From: Nostoc sp. TCL26-01
Lineage (GTDB): Bacteria > Cyanobacteriota > Cyanobacteriia > Cyanobacteriales > Nostocaceae
DNA length: 32,000 nucleotides
Assembly (NCBI RefSeq): GCF_013393945.1
Contig: NZ_CP040297.1
Span: forward strand, 5,886,809-5,918,808
Direction: 5' to 3'
The translations under genes and the position numbers were made by a program. The notes under the pieces are model-generated. The model did no database searches. It was not told the origin of the DNA and saw nothing but the letters and a program-made list of their open reading frames with translations. Shown piece by piece: positions 8,870-17,355 of the stretch (the first letter of the stretch is position 1; every line of letters begins with the position of its first letter).

Positions 8870-10777
8870 ATGTCAGTCGAAACTGATGGCAATGGGGAAA
8901 TTAAACCACCAGAAACTAGACCGTTTGGGGGTAGTTTCATACTGTGGTTGGCATTTCTCATTTTGTTAAATTTGATTCTGTTTGGTCAACCCCGCTATCC
9001 ACAAGTACCCTATAGTGATTTTGTTTCTCAAGTTGAGGCTGGTCAAGTTGCTCGTGTTGTCATTAGTTCTGACCGGATTGAATATGAATTAAAATCAGTA
9101 CCGACTACAGAAAAATCGCGTCAGATATTTGCTACTGTACCACTGCCAACAGATACAGAATTACCCAAAATTCTGCGACAATATAATGTCCAAGTTTCAG
9201 CTATTCCTGCTAATCACAACAGTTGGATTTCTATTTTACTCAGTTGGATATTACCACCATTGATTTTTATTTTCATTTGGGGTTTTTTAATTAGCCGAAG
9301 TCAGATGGGAGGGCCAGCCGCTTTAACAATTGGTAAAAGCAATGCCCGCATTTATGGACAAGGTACAACAGGGGTAACTTTCAATGATGTGGCTGGTGTT
9401 GACGAAGCCAAAGCCGAACTACAAGAAATTGTTGATTTTCTCAAAAATGCCGCTAAATACACTCGCTTGGGCGCAAAAATCCCCAAGGGTGTGTTATTAA
9501 TCGGCCCTCCAGGTACAGGTAAAACATTACTAGCAAAAGCGATCGCAGGTGAAGCGGGAGTGCCGTTTTTTAGTATTTCTGGCTCAGAATTTATCGAGTT
9601 ATTTGTGGGTATTGGTGCAGCACGGGTACGTAATTTATTTGAGCAAGCCAAACAACAAGCGCCTTGTATCGTGTTTATTGATGAGTTAGATGCTTTAGGT
9701 AAATCACGAGGCGGAACTGGCCCGATTATCGGTGGTAATGATGAGCGAGAACAAACTCTCAACCAATTACTATCGGAAATGGATGGTTTTGATCCCAACA
9801 CAGGTGTGATTTTGTTAGCTGCAACCAACCGTCCAGAAGTGTTAGATCCGGCGTTGCGTCGTCCTGGTCGATTTGACAGGCAAATTTTGGTAGACCATCC
9901 AGATAAAATAGGCAGAGAAGCTATTCTCAAAATTCATGCCAAATACGTCAAGTTAGCCACTGATGTAGACTTAACTAAATTAGCTGCCAGAACTCCCGGA
10001 TTTGCTGGCGCAGATTTAGCCAACCTCGTCAATGAAGCCGCACTCTTAGCAGCCCGACGCAACCATGAACAGGTGATTATGGCTGATTTCCAGGAAGCAA
10101 TTGAGCGATTGTTAACAGGTTTAGAGAAAAAGTCACGGGTATTGAGTGAAATGGAGAAGAAAACAGTTGCCTATCATGAAGTTGGTCATGCGTTGATTGG
10201 GGTTTTAATGCCTAGTGCAGGGAGTGTGGAAAAAATTTCTGTTGTACCGCGTGGTATAGGTGCGTTGGGCTATACATTGCAATTACCAGAAGAAGACCGT
10301 TTTTTGATGACAGAAGATGAAATTCGTGGCAGAATTGTTGCTCTTTTAGGTGGACGTTCGGCAGAAGAATTAACTTTTGGCAGGGTTTCTACTGGTGCTA
10401 GCGATGATATTCAAAAAGCCACTGATTTAGCTGAACGGTTTGTCACACTCTATGGTATGAGTCAGAAACTAGGGCCAATTGCCTTTGAGAAGATACAACA
10501 ACAGTTTTTAGAAGGGTTTACTAATCCTCGTCGGCCAGTGAGTCAAAAGATTTCTGAGGTGATTGATTGGGAAGTAAAAGAAATAGTGGATGGGGCGCAT
10601 CAAATTGCTTTGAAGATTTTGATAACTAATCAAGAACTATTACGAGAAACATCTGAAATCTTATTAGAAAAGGAAGTTTTGGAGGGGGAAGAATTGCGAT
10701 CGCATCTCCACCGTGTCCAAAAACCCCCAGAAATGGATGAATGGTTGCAAACAGGATTGCTTTCTTTGCCAGCGTAG
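8870..10777 (+). CDS. ftsH: ATP-dependent zinc metalloprotease FtsH
   Basis: Two N-terminal TM segments, Walker A GPPGTGKT, Walker [32 protein letters not shown] and zinc site HEVGHA. ATG lies 5 nt after AAGGAG. Confidence 0.95.
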   Translation: MSVETDGNGEIKPPETRPFGGSFILWLAFLILLNLILFGQPRYPQVPYSDFVSQVEAGQVARVVISSDRIEYELKSVPTTEKSRQIFATVPLPTDTELPKILRQYNVQVSAIPANHNSWISILLSWILPPLIFIFIWGFLISRSQMGGPAALTIGKSNARIYGQGTTGVTFNDVAGVDEAKAELQEIVDFLKNAAKYTRLGAKIPKGVLLIGPPGTGKTLLAKAIAGEAGVPFFSISGSEFIELFVGIGAARVRNLFEQAKQQAPCIVFIDELDALGKSRGGTGPIIGGNDEREQTLNQLLSEMDGFDPNTGVILLAATNRPEVLDPALRRPGRFDRQILVDHPDKIGREAILKIHAKYVKLATDVDLTKLAARTPGFAGADLANLVNEAALLAARRNHEQVIMADFQEAIERLLTGLEKKSRVLSEMEKKTVAYHEVGHALIGVLMPSAGSVEKISVVPRGIGALGYTLQLPEEDRFLMTEDEIRGRIVALLGGRSAEELTFGRVSTGASDDIQKATDLAERFVTLYGMSQKLGPIAFEKIQQQFLEGFTNPRRPVSQKISEVIDWEVKEIVDGAHQIALKILITNQELLRETSEILLEKEVLEGEELRSHLHRVQKPPEMDEWLQTGLLSLPA

Positions 10778-10791
10778 AAATTTGGGCTTAA

Positions 10792-12045
10792 TTAACGAAT
10801 GCCATCATTATCTATGGCGTTGTATGTGTCATCGGGTGAGAGTCCCAACCAAGGATCAGAATTAGGCGTGAGAAATAGTTGAGAGTATACCTTTTCGTTT
10901 AAGATTGTGATATTACTCGTCTGATTATTTGTCATAAACCACTGATGAATTTGACTGTGTAGCATATATTCATTTCTGACTGTATCTATAGCCATTGCCG
11001 TTTCAAATTTATTCACCAATTTTGACAGATTATCTGTGGGAGTTTTAGCGGACTGGAATCTTTTTGCTTTGATCAAAGCAATGCTATTTTGATCTAGTTT
11101 GGCATCAGCTAGATAAAGTTGCCCTAGCTTGTTCCAAGCTTCCTCATCAGTAACTTTTGCTAAGGTATCAGGGCTGTTAGGTTGTATATTTCTGAGTAGT
11201 GGACGCTCTACAATCATCTTGGAAACTGCCAAAGAACCTGCGACTGTTGCTGTTGGTTGAGTCGTGTTACTTGGTGATGCCGTCAGCCTGGGGGGAGAAC
11301 TGATACCCAACTTCGATAAATCATTTGTCCACTGGGTTTGGATAGCTTGCAGGCGATCGCTATGATATTTTTGTAAGAAGCGATCGCGATTGACACCAGC
11401 AAGTTGACGATATTCCTTAGCTGCTACCTCAGCTTGTTGCAATTGGCGTAAAAAAGCTTTGGGACTATACAATCCAGGAATAGCATCAAGCGGACGACCA
11501 GAAGCATCTAATATATAGTGAATACTATTACCTGTAATTGTTCTTTCTAACTTGCGTCCATCACCAAAATCAATCGTCACCTTGGGTACAGGACGTACTG
11601 ATTGCCAGTGTAAAATGAAACGGTCTTGCAATAATTTTGATATTTCTGCATTAGGATAAAGTGCCACGCGGAAAAACCGACTATTTGCACAACTCAAATC
11701 TTGATCAAGTTTACCCAACAACCGCAGAGATAAAATTGGTTTACCGCTAGCTTGTGCTGCTGCTTTGGCTTGTTCTAAGTCAGTGTACCAATAAAGACGA
11801 GAAGCGTAACAATCTCGTTGCTGACACAGTGCATCTAAAGCTATTCTCACATTGGGATTATTCAGTTGATTAGCATAAGTTTTTAAAAATACTTGCAACC
11901 CCTGATTTCCCTGTTTCCGTAGAGTCGTCACTTCTTGAGATAACTGAGATGCTTGACTTACCGGATTTTGAGCCTCAGCAGCTGGCAGAAAGCTCAAACT
12001 GATGAGCATTAACACACAGGGAGTTTTCAGAGGACTAAATTTCAT
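10792..12045 (-). CDS. secreted hypothetical protein, possible thioredoxin-fold (Thioredoxin_7/DUF255-like) domain without a CxxC
   Basis: Signal peptide MKFSPLKTPCVLMLISLSFLPAAEA. The segment WYTDLEQAKAAAQASGKPILSLRLLGKLDQDLSCANSRFF...GNSIHYILDASGRPL resembles thioredoxin-like domains, but the functional call is weak. Confidence 0.55.
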   Translation of the reverse strand: MKFSPLKTPCVLMLISLSFLPAAEAQNPVSQASQLSQEVTTLRKQGNQGLQVFLKTYANQLNNPNVRIALDALCQQRDCYASRLYWYTDLEQAKAAAQASGKPILSLRLLGKLDQDLSCANSRFFRVALYPNAEISKLLQDRFILHWQSVRPVPKVTIDFGDGRKLERTITGNSIHYILDASGRPLDAIPGLYSPKAFLRQLQQAEVAAKEYRQLAGVNRDRFLQKYHSDRLQAIQTQWTNDLSKLGISSPPRLTASPSNTTQPTATVAGSLAVSKMIVERPLLRNIQPNSPDTLAKVTDEEAWNKLGQLYLADAKLDQNSIALIKAKRFQSAKTPTDNLSKLVNKFETAMAIDTVRNEYMLHSQIHQWFMTNNQTSNITILNEKVYSQLFLTPNSDPWLGLSPDDTYNAIDNDGIR

Positions 12046-12184
12046 ATATTTTCTTCACAGCAGAAGCATTAACTAATAGATTGGAGATGCAAATTATATG
12101 CAACCCTATCTACCTGATAAGAAGTAAAAACGCCGTGAAAGTTTCACCTTACCTTTGTGTCTCTGTCTTGAAAAGTTCAGATGC

Positions 12185-12259
12185 CTGCGGCAAGCCGCAA
12201 AGCGTCTACGGAGGAAACCTCCGCTCCGACTTTTCGCTGTGCCTCTGTGGTAAAAATCA
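12185..12259. repeat. small dispersed repeat (Nostoc-type), copy A
   Basis: Core CAAGCCGCAAAGCGTCTAC and tail CCTCTGTGGTAAAAATCA recur at 25748-25801 as CAAGCCGCGAAGTGTCTAC ... CCTCTGCCTTTAAAATGA. Contains the perfect hairpin CGGAGG-aaa-CCTCCG. Confidence 0.5.
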
Positions 12260-12263
12260 TCCT

Positions 12264-13496
12264 TTAAACATTCCCCAGACAAACTTGCTCATAACGCTTA
12301 CCTGCCATATCCCAAGTAAACTCAGCTTCTACCAATTGTCTACCATTGTGAGATAACTGCGATCGCATCTCTCCATCTTCAAACAGTTGACTAATAGCTG
12401 TGATATATTCTGCTGGTTGATTAGCTCGGAGTGCTGTTAACGATATATTATCACCATCAACAGCCAGTCCTTCTAAACCGCGATCGCTAGCTACCACTGG
12501 TACACCTGCTGCCATTGCTTCTAAAGTCTTATTTTTAATCCCAAAACCCGTTCTCAACGGCACTACACAGACAGTAGATTGATGTAGATAATCTACCATT
12601 GACGGCACTTTACCAGTCACAATCACACCGGGAATCTGATGAAGATTTAAAACTTCTGCTGTCGGTCTTGCACCAACAATGCTAAAAGTAGCATCAGGAT
12701 AACGCTTTTGTAATTCTGGGAATACATCTAACGCAAAGAAACGCGCTGCATCAATATTGTGAGAAGCATCCATAGCCCCCACAAAGATTAAACTATGTCC
12801 ACCTGGGTCTTGAGAACGACAAGGAAACAAATTTAAATCAACACCATTGGGAATAACCTTAATCTCAATATCCGGACGAAGTTTGAGAAATTCTTGGCGA
12901 TCGTCTTGTGTTGTCACCACAATCTGCGAAAATTTACTACAGTAGCGCTGTTCGTAACGCTTCAAGACAAGAGAGAGGTATAGGCGATCGCGTAGAGCAT
13001 TTTGAGCTGCACCCATCTCTAAATGATCCCGCATCCAGCCGTAAACTGAACTGTGAACATCTATCACTGTATTAACAGTATTACGAAACTCCGGACGGAT
13101 GTATATTTCATTCACACTATGCTCACAGGTAATCACATCATACTTCTTCCCCGCAACGCAACCATCAACAAAAGCTTGAATCTGCGGTGAATAACGATGT
13201 AAAACATTAGGTGGTGTCGCCTTTACCACAGACTCTATAAACCGTGACGTTTTCGCCAACAACCCAGTTACCATATTTCCCGACTGGGGTTCCGGCGGTA
13301 GAGGAAAAATCACTAGTTCACCAACATAGTTACGTAGTTCTGCCACTTCATCATCCGACACACCCTTGTTATACTGTGTCACTAAAGTCACGTCATGATT
13401 TTGCTGGAGGTACTTGAGTAAATTAAAAGTTCTAATTTCCGTCCCGCCACGGCTAGGTGGATAAGGAAACGTTGATGACAGCATCAAAATACGCAT
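12264..13496 (-). CDS. glycosyltransferase family 4 (GT-B, Glycos_transf_1)
   Basis: N-terminus MRILMLSSTFPYPPSRGGTEIR and C-terminal GFGIKNKTLEAMAAGVPVVASD (E-x7-E-type region) typical of GT4 enzymes. Confidence 0.85.
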   Translation of the reverse strand: MRILMLSSTFPYPPSRGGTEIRTFNLLKYLQQNHDVTLVTQYNKGVSDDEVAELRNYVGELVIFPLPPEPQSGNMVTGLLAKTSRFIESVVKATPPNVLHRYSPQIQAFVDGCVAGKKYDVITCEHSVNEIYIRPEFRNTVNTVIDVHSSVYGWMRDHLEMGAAQNALRDRLYLSLVLKRYEQRYCSKFSQIVVTTQDDRQEFLKLRPDIEIKVIPNGVDLNLFPCRSQDPGGHSLIFVGAMDASHNIDAARFFALDVFPELQKRYPDATFSIVGARPTAEVLNLHQIPGVIVTGKVPSMVDYLHQSTVCVVPLRTGFGIKNKTLEAMAAGVPVVASDRGLEGLAVDGDNISLTALRANQPAEYITAISQLFEDGEMRSQLSHNGRQLVEAEFTWDMAGKRYEQVCLGNV

Positions 13497-13722
13497 ATAA
13501 ACTCTATAATCCTTTAAATAATTAGTATTTTTTCTAACTTGCTACTGCTACTTGTAAAATATAGCCGCAAATCATGTCAATATCCAAAATCGCCTTGTAT
13601 ACTTAGTAAAAACCAAACTAAATTTATATCTTACCCAACCAACAAGCATCTAAATATTTGTATTCATATAAAAGATAGACCAAAATCAAAGTTAGCTCTC
13701 AGCCAGAAATTCTATTTAAATT

Positions 13723-14676
13723 ATGAATAACCAACCACTACTATCTATAGTTACGCCGACATTAGGCAAATTTTCTGATTATTGGCTAGAAAATCTTTTA
13801 AAAATCACAGGTTCTGTCCAATTCATTTTAGTTTATCCTCCCAACACCAAAATTAGAACTATAGATGACCCCAGAATTACAGTAATAATCAGTCCCTACA
13901 AAGGCGAAATGCCACAAAGATTTGTGGGTTTACTCAACGCCCAAGGAAAATATCTTTTAGCCTTAGATGACGATGACTTTGTACATCCACAAGTGACTGA
14001 CTCAGTAGCTAAATACTTTCACCGATTTCCCGAAAGTTGGGTGCTGAGATTACAAAAACTCAATATCGATATTAACGACGAAAAACGCATCAAACAACCT
14101 TGGGAACCAATACCCGACATCGAACAACTAGATATCTGTAAAAAAACACCAGAAAATCCTTATCCCTACCAAAAAGGCAACTTTCAAGGCTTATTAGAAG
14201 TTCCCATCGCGCCCTTAAACAAAAACTTTGATTGGCGTTACTTAATCTGGCCTTTCATCAACAGAAAAGACAATGACGGATATCACTTTGAAAACTTCAA
14301 TAACATCATTTGGCGCACCGACTTAATTCAACAAGCACTCCCCGAACTTTCCCAAGCCACAAAAGTTTTAGGCGCAGTCACTTGGATACCTTCAAGCGGG
14401 TTTGATAGACTGTCTGGTTTATTTGTTCAAGCTAACTTTTTCGAGAAAGATGCTATCATCGGTCACTGGATGCCGAAACCAGAACAAATCCGATACATCG
14501 ACAAAGATCCAGCCTTAAAGCCACCAAGGTTTCATGTCATTTCTGATGCGTTATTAGTCAAGCATTTTCCTCAATATGGTTATTTGTGGAATCTGGTATT
14601 TAGTAAATTATATGGTGTGCCGAGAACAGCAGGTAAGTTAATCAAGTTAAAGTTAGTGAAGAAAGCAGTAAGATAA
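13723..14676 (+). CDS. probable glycosyltransferase family 2-like protein
   Basis: N-terminal LLSIVTPTLGK and acidic motif LLALDDDDF fit a GT-A fold (DxD-like). The rest is not recognisable. Divergent from the GT4 gene. Sampled lines have low GC, about 33%. Confidence 0.55.
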   Translation: MNNQPLLSIVTPTLGKFSDYWLENLLKITGSVQFILVYPPNTKIRTIDDPRITVIISPYKGEMPQRFVGLLNAQGKYLLALDDDDFVHPQVTDSVAKYFHRFPESWVLRLQKLNIDINDEKRIKQPWEPIPDIEQLDICKKTPENPYPYQKGNFQGLLEVPIAPLNKNFDWRYLIWPFINRKDNDGYHFENFNNIIWRTDLIQQALPELSQATKVLGAVTWIPSSGFDRLSGLFVQANFFEKDAIIGHWMPKPEQIRYIDKDPALKPPRFHVISDALLVKHFPQYGYLWNLVFSKLYGVPRTAGKLIKLKLVKKAVR

Positions 14677-14705
14677 TATTTTCCTCTAATAATCGAAAAT
14701 ATGAG

Positions 14706-15527
14706 TTAGCGAATTTCTGCTATCTTTCTAAGTTTTTGATAGGTTTCTCTTCCAAAACTTTTAATTTTATATTCTCCAGATTTAGTTGATTTGTCTAGAT
14801 TTTTCCAAGTTAAACCTTGGTTAGATTTTAGCCAATACTTAACAGCTTCTAATGCAGCCGAAATTTGCTTAGAATACATTCCAGCATCTTTTAATTTTTC
14901 TTCTATTTCCTCATGAGTTGCTGTTAATAAATTTATTTTTGGTGGTAAAGGGGGATCAATTTTTTGAATAAGTATTTCCAACTTAGATAATAATTGATTT
15001 AATTGGTTTTCAATAGTTATGATTTTTTCATCAAAATTAAATTTTTCTTTTGTCTGACTAGTAGCAGATACTAGTTGGTTTAATTTGGTATAAATTGGGG
15101 TTATTTTTTGATCAATTAATTTACCAATATCTGTATGTTGGGTTTCATCTATTCCAAAATGACTGTCGCTACTCAGCAACTGCTGCATTTCTTCTTTAGC
15201 AGCAGCAGCTTGCTCGTTTGTCATATCAAATACCCAAACCCAGAGTTTCTCAATATCAAGTTCTTTAGCAATTAAACACCAATCAGCACCGTAGACAAGC
15301 TCATATTCTTCTTCTTCAGTGTATGCTTCAGTACGGCGTACAATGAGAGGAATTAAATTACTCTTATGTTGATTTAGAGAATCTTCTATTATCTGACGAC
15401 TTTCTAACGAAATATTTTGTTGTTCAGAATCAGGTATGGCAATTTGAAAAGTATAAACCTGACCATGACTAATTGGTTCAATACCTAAATTTGCTCGAAT
15501 ACGAGAGCGGCGTTCTGAACTATCCAT
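14706..15527 (-). CDS. ParB/Srx-like N-terminal domain protein with degenerate arginine box, central coiled coil and C-terminal ComEA-like helix-hairpin-helix
   Basis: aa 40-100, SLESRQIIEDSLNQHKSNLIPLIVRRTE..YELVYGADWCLIAKELDIEKLWVWVF, aligns by eye to ParB box I/II (L..SI...G...P..VR...Y.IIAGERRxRAAK..G....V) with GERR replaced by GADW. aa about 195-273, INLLTATHEEIEEKL.DAG...KQISAALEAVKYW...GLTWKNLD...KIKSFGRETYQKL, resembles the ComEA HhH_3 pattern INtAt.eeL..lpGIG...A..I..yR...G.F.s.edL..v.GiG.kt.ekl. The ATG overlaps the upstream stop by 8 nt (ATGGATAG). Confidence 0.6.
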   Translation of the reverse strand: MDSSERRSRIRANLGIEPISHGQVYTFQIAIPDSEQQNISLESRQIIEDSLNQHKSNLIPLIVRRTEAYTEEEEYELVYGADWCLIAKELDIEKLWVWVFDMTNEQAAAAKEEMQQLLSSDSHFGIDETQHTDIGKLIDQKITPIYTKLNQLVSATSQTKEKFNFDEKIITIENQLNQLLSKLEILIQKIDPPLPPKINLLTATHEEIEEKLKDAGMYSKQISAALEAVKYWLKSNQGLTWKNLDKSTKSGEYKIKSFGRETYQKLRKIAEIR

Positions 15528-17031
15528 TATTTTTTAAATCTCCATTTGTAATTTGAATTAAATGATTAGCTAAATTTATATACCGTTCTAAAACTTTTTG
15601 TGCAGCTTCTTTATCTTGAGATGTTAACCTATCGTCAAATTCACCTTGATACAGTGGATATCCTTTATCTTGACAAACAGAAACAATATTCAGACGCGGA
15701 ATCCAAGTAGTTTCTGGAAAAAGCTCCACTTTGTTCATTCCACCGCTCTTTTCTAAGATATCAAAAAGTCTTACAACCATAGACTTGTTATAACTGGAAG
15801 ATTTTTGATCATACATACTAACAGCTATCCCTAAAATAGGTAAAGGTTCATCTGTTAACTGCTCTACCTCATTTGTTCTATCCAATACATATTCCAAAGC
15901 TCGAATTGCATACGCTGATAACTGAGTAGGAATCAGGATAGCTGATGATGCCATTAACGATATACTGTTAACTTTACCAAAAGAGGGAGGTGGATCGATA
16001 AGTACAAAATCATAATCATGTTTTTTCAGTTTTTTTGCTAATAAACGATCACTATCTACTGTCTGGTTAAGAGTAGTTTCCATTCGACTCAAGCGAATAT
16101 GTGATGGAACTAAGTCTAATTGAACATCTCCCCAACTTGTTGTAACTATTGTGTCTTCTAACTTAGTTCTAGGTTCAGTCAGTAGATGGGTAATATCTTT
16201 TTTTCCTTTCTGCTCAATGTCATCCAATGGATCTATTCCTAGTCCCATTGTCAAGTTAGCTTGAGCATCAATATCAATTAGCAAGACACGCTTACCTAGC
16301 TTGTTTAAAGCAGCAGCAAGATTTATAGTAGTAGTTGTTTTTCCTACGCCTCCTTTGTTATTAAATACTGTAATAATCATCGATTTTTTGTCCTTCTTAA
16401 TATTTGAAAGTTCAACTTTTTCTTCTGTAGTCTGCTGATTTGGTGCAGAATTTGCTTTAGTTTTGTTAAATAAACCCAGCATACCTTCTTGTTTTAATGC
16501 TTGCGAAATTGAATTTAAAAACTGTAACCGAATATTTTGTTGAGTTTTATACACAATAGATGTAAAGTTTAAATAAGTTTTTTTAGATAAAACTTTATGA
16601 AACAGGCTGTATTTATCAATAAGAGTTGGTTGTGAATACTCTGCTATCGTTGTAATTTTTTCTTCACAATTATAAAGTATACGAAAGTTATAACCATTGG
16701 TTAATAGACCAAGAACAGATCCTGTACTCCTCATATAATTATTAATCTGCCAAACACTGTGAGCAATGTTCTTACTAGGTGCTTTTACTTCAATAATTAA
16801 ATAAGCAGGTATGACTAACTTTGAGTCTGGTTGCCCTACTAAAAAATCAAGTTTGGATTGTAAAACTACTACTTGAGATTGCCAGTCAGCACTAGTATAT
16901 CCAAGAATACGCAAGAGAGGAATTACCACTTTTTGCTCAACATCAGACTCATTACTACTTAATGTAATTGCTCGAAAAATGTTTTGCAGAGTTGAGATGT
17001 AATCAGCATTCATACTACCATAGTAATACAT
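15520..17031 (-). CDS. fusion protein: N-terminal HsdR-N-type PD-(D/E)xK nuclease-like domain + C-terminal ParA/Soj/MinD-family deviant Walker A ATPase
   Basis: aa about 25-120: E32, D62 (KLDFLV), E81-x-K83 (IIEVK), Q95 (WQINNY) and TNGYNF, the layout of type I restriction enzyme R-subunit N-terminal (HSDR_N/HSDR_N_2) domains. aa 218-503: NNKGGVGKTT (K226, K231), LLIDIDAQANLT and FVLIDPPPS, which are ParA Walker A, A' and B. ATG at 17031; an alternative ATG at 17013. Confidence 0.8.
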   Translation of the reverse strand: MYYYGSMNADYISTLQNIFRAITLSSNESDVEQKVVIPLLRILGYTSADWQSQVVVLQSKLDFLVGQPDSKLVIPAYLIIEVKAPSKNIAHSVWQINNYMRSTGSVLGLLTNGYNFRILYNCEEKITTIAEYSQPTLIDKYSLFHKVLSKKTYLNFTSIVYKTQQNIRLQFLNSISQALKQEGMLGLFNKTKANSAPNQQTTEEKVELSNIKKDKKSMIITVFNNKGGVGKTTTTINLAAALNKLGKRVLLIDIDAQANLTMGLGIDPLDDIEQKGKKDITHLLTEPRTKLEDTIVTTSWGDVQLDLVPSHIRLSRMETTLNQTVDSDRLLAKKLKKHDYDFVLIDPPPSFGKVNSISLMASSAILIPTQLSAYAIRALEYVLDRTNEVEQLTDEPLPILGIAVSMYDQKSSSYNKSMVVRLFDILEKSGGMNKVELFPETTWIPRLNIVSVCQDKGYPLYQGEFDDRLTSQDKEAAQKVLERYINLANHLIQITNGDLKNNG

Positions 17032-17042
17032 TTAGTTGTATC

Positions 17043-17073
17043 ATTATATCCCAAAATGTTTACTGTGTAGCAA
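17043..17073 (-). promoter_or_regulatory. putative sigma70-type promoter of the nuclease-ParA/ParB-like cassette (consensus -10 TATAAT, weak -35 TTGCTA at 19-nt spacing)
   Basis: Minus strand reads TTGCTAcacagtaaacattttgggaTATAATgatacaactaaATG. The -10 (17048..17043) lies only 11 nt from the ATG, implying a near-leaderless transcript. Sequence only, no experimental support. Confidence 0.3.
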
Positions 17074-17082
17074 ATTTTGCTT

Positions 17083-17355
17083 TCATTGAAAAAACATTAA
17101 GCTCTCTGGAAAATCGTTAGGTAAGGCGTACATATCAAACATTGTAGTGGCGATCGCTGTTTTGTCTTCCAAGCACTTACGATTTAATTGGGGCTTGATT
17201 TTGGCATAACTGACCACCCCACCCTTACCAGTAGAACTGGTTTTGACAAGAATCGGATTGAGGTAGATATTTTTCTCTAGAAAATACCCGTAAAGCAATT
17301 CTCTAACAAAAGTTTCCTCAGTTTGCCCTTCTACAAAAACATTGACTCGAATCAT
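17083..17355 (-). CDS. DUF4276-family (Toprim-like) protein, apparently 3'-truncated remnant
   Basis: MIRVNVFVEGQTEETFVRELL matches the DUF4276/Toprim N-terminal (V/L)VEGxTEE motif; later GGVVSYAKIKPQL and TTMFDMYALPNDFP. Only 90 aa from ATG 17355, whereas I recall family members being roughly twice that length. This ATG overlaps the upstream TGA (ATGA). The ORF ends exactly at a GC-content breakpoint. Confidence 0.6.
   Translation of the reverse strand: MIRVNVFVEGQTEETFVRELLYGYFLEKNIYLNPILVKTSSTGKGGVVSYAKIKPQLNRKCLEDKTAIATTMFDMYALPNDFPESLMFFQ

Noticed and set aside
9352-9930. 192-aa minus-strand ORF antisense to ftsH
   Set aside because: It lies entirely within the highly conserved AAA+ module of ftsH, and its translation is Ser/Pro/Asn-rich nonsense. 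This is a typical antisense frame kept open by codon bias.
12081-12356. 91-aa plus-strand ORF spanning the 12.05-12.26 kb spacer
   Set aside because: It runs through a dispersed repeat and into the 3' end of the GT4 gene on the opposite strand. It has no SD and is most likely spurious.
14706-17031. ParA/ParB-like pair as the chromosomal Soj/Spo0J system or as McdA/McdB carboxysome positioning
   Set aside because: Against Soj/Spo0J: the ParB arginine box and HTH are missing, composition is foreign (about 20-30% GC in sampled lines), and there is no origin-proximal context. Against McdAB: McdA has no nuclease-like N-domain. The partner here also has a ParB/Srx-like fold and an HhH, rather than the disordered, Trp-terminated McdB architecture.
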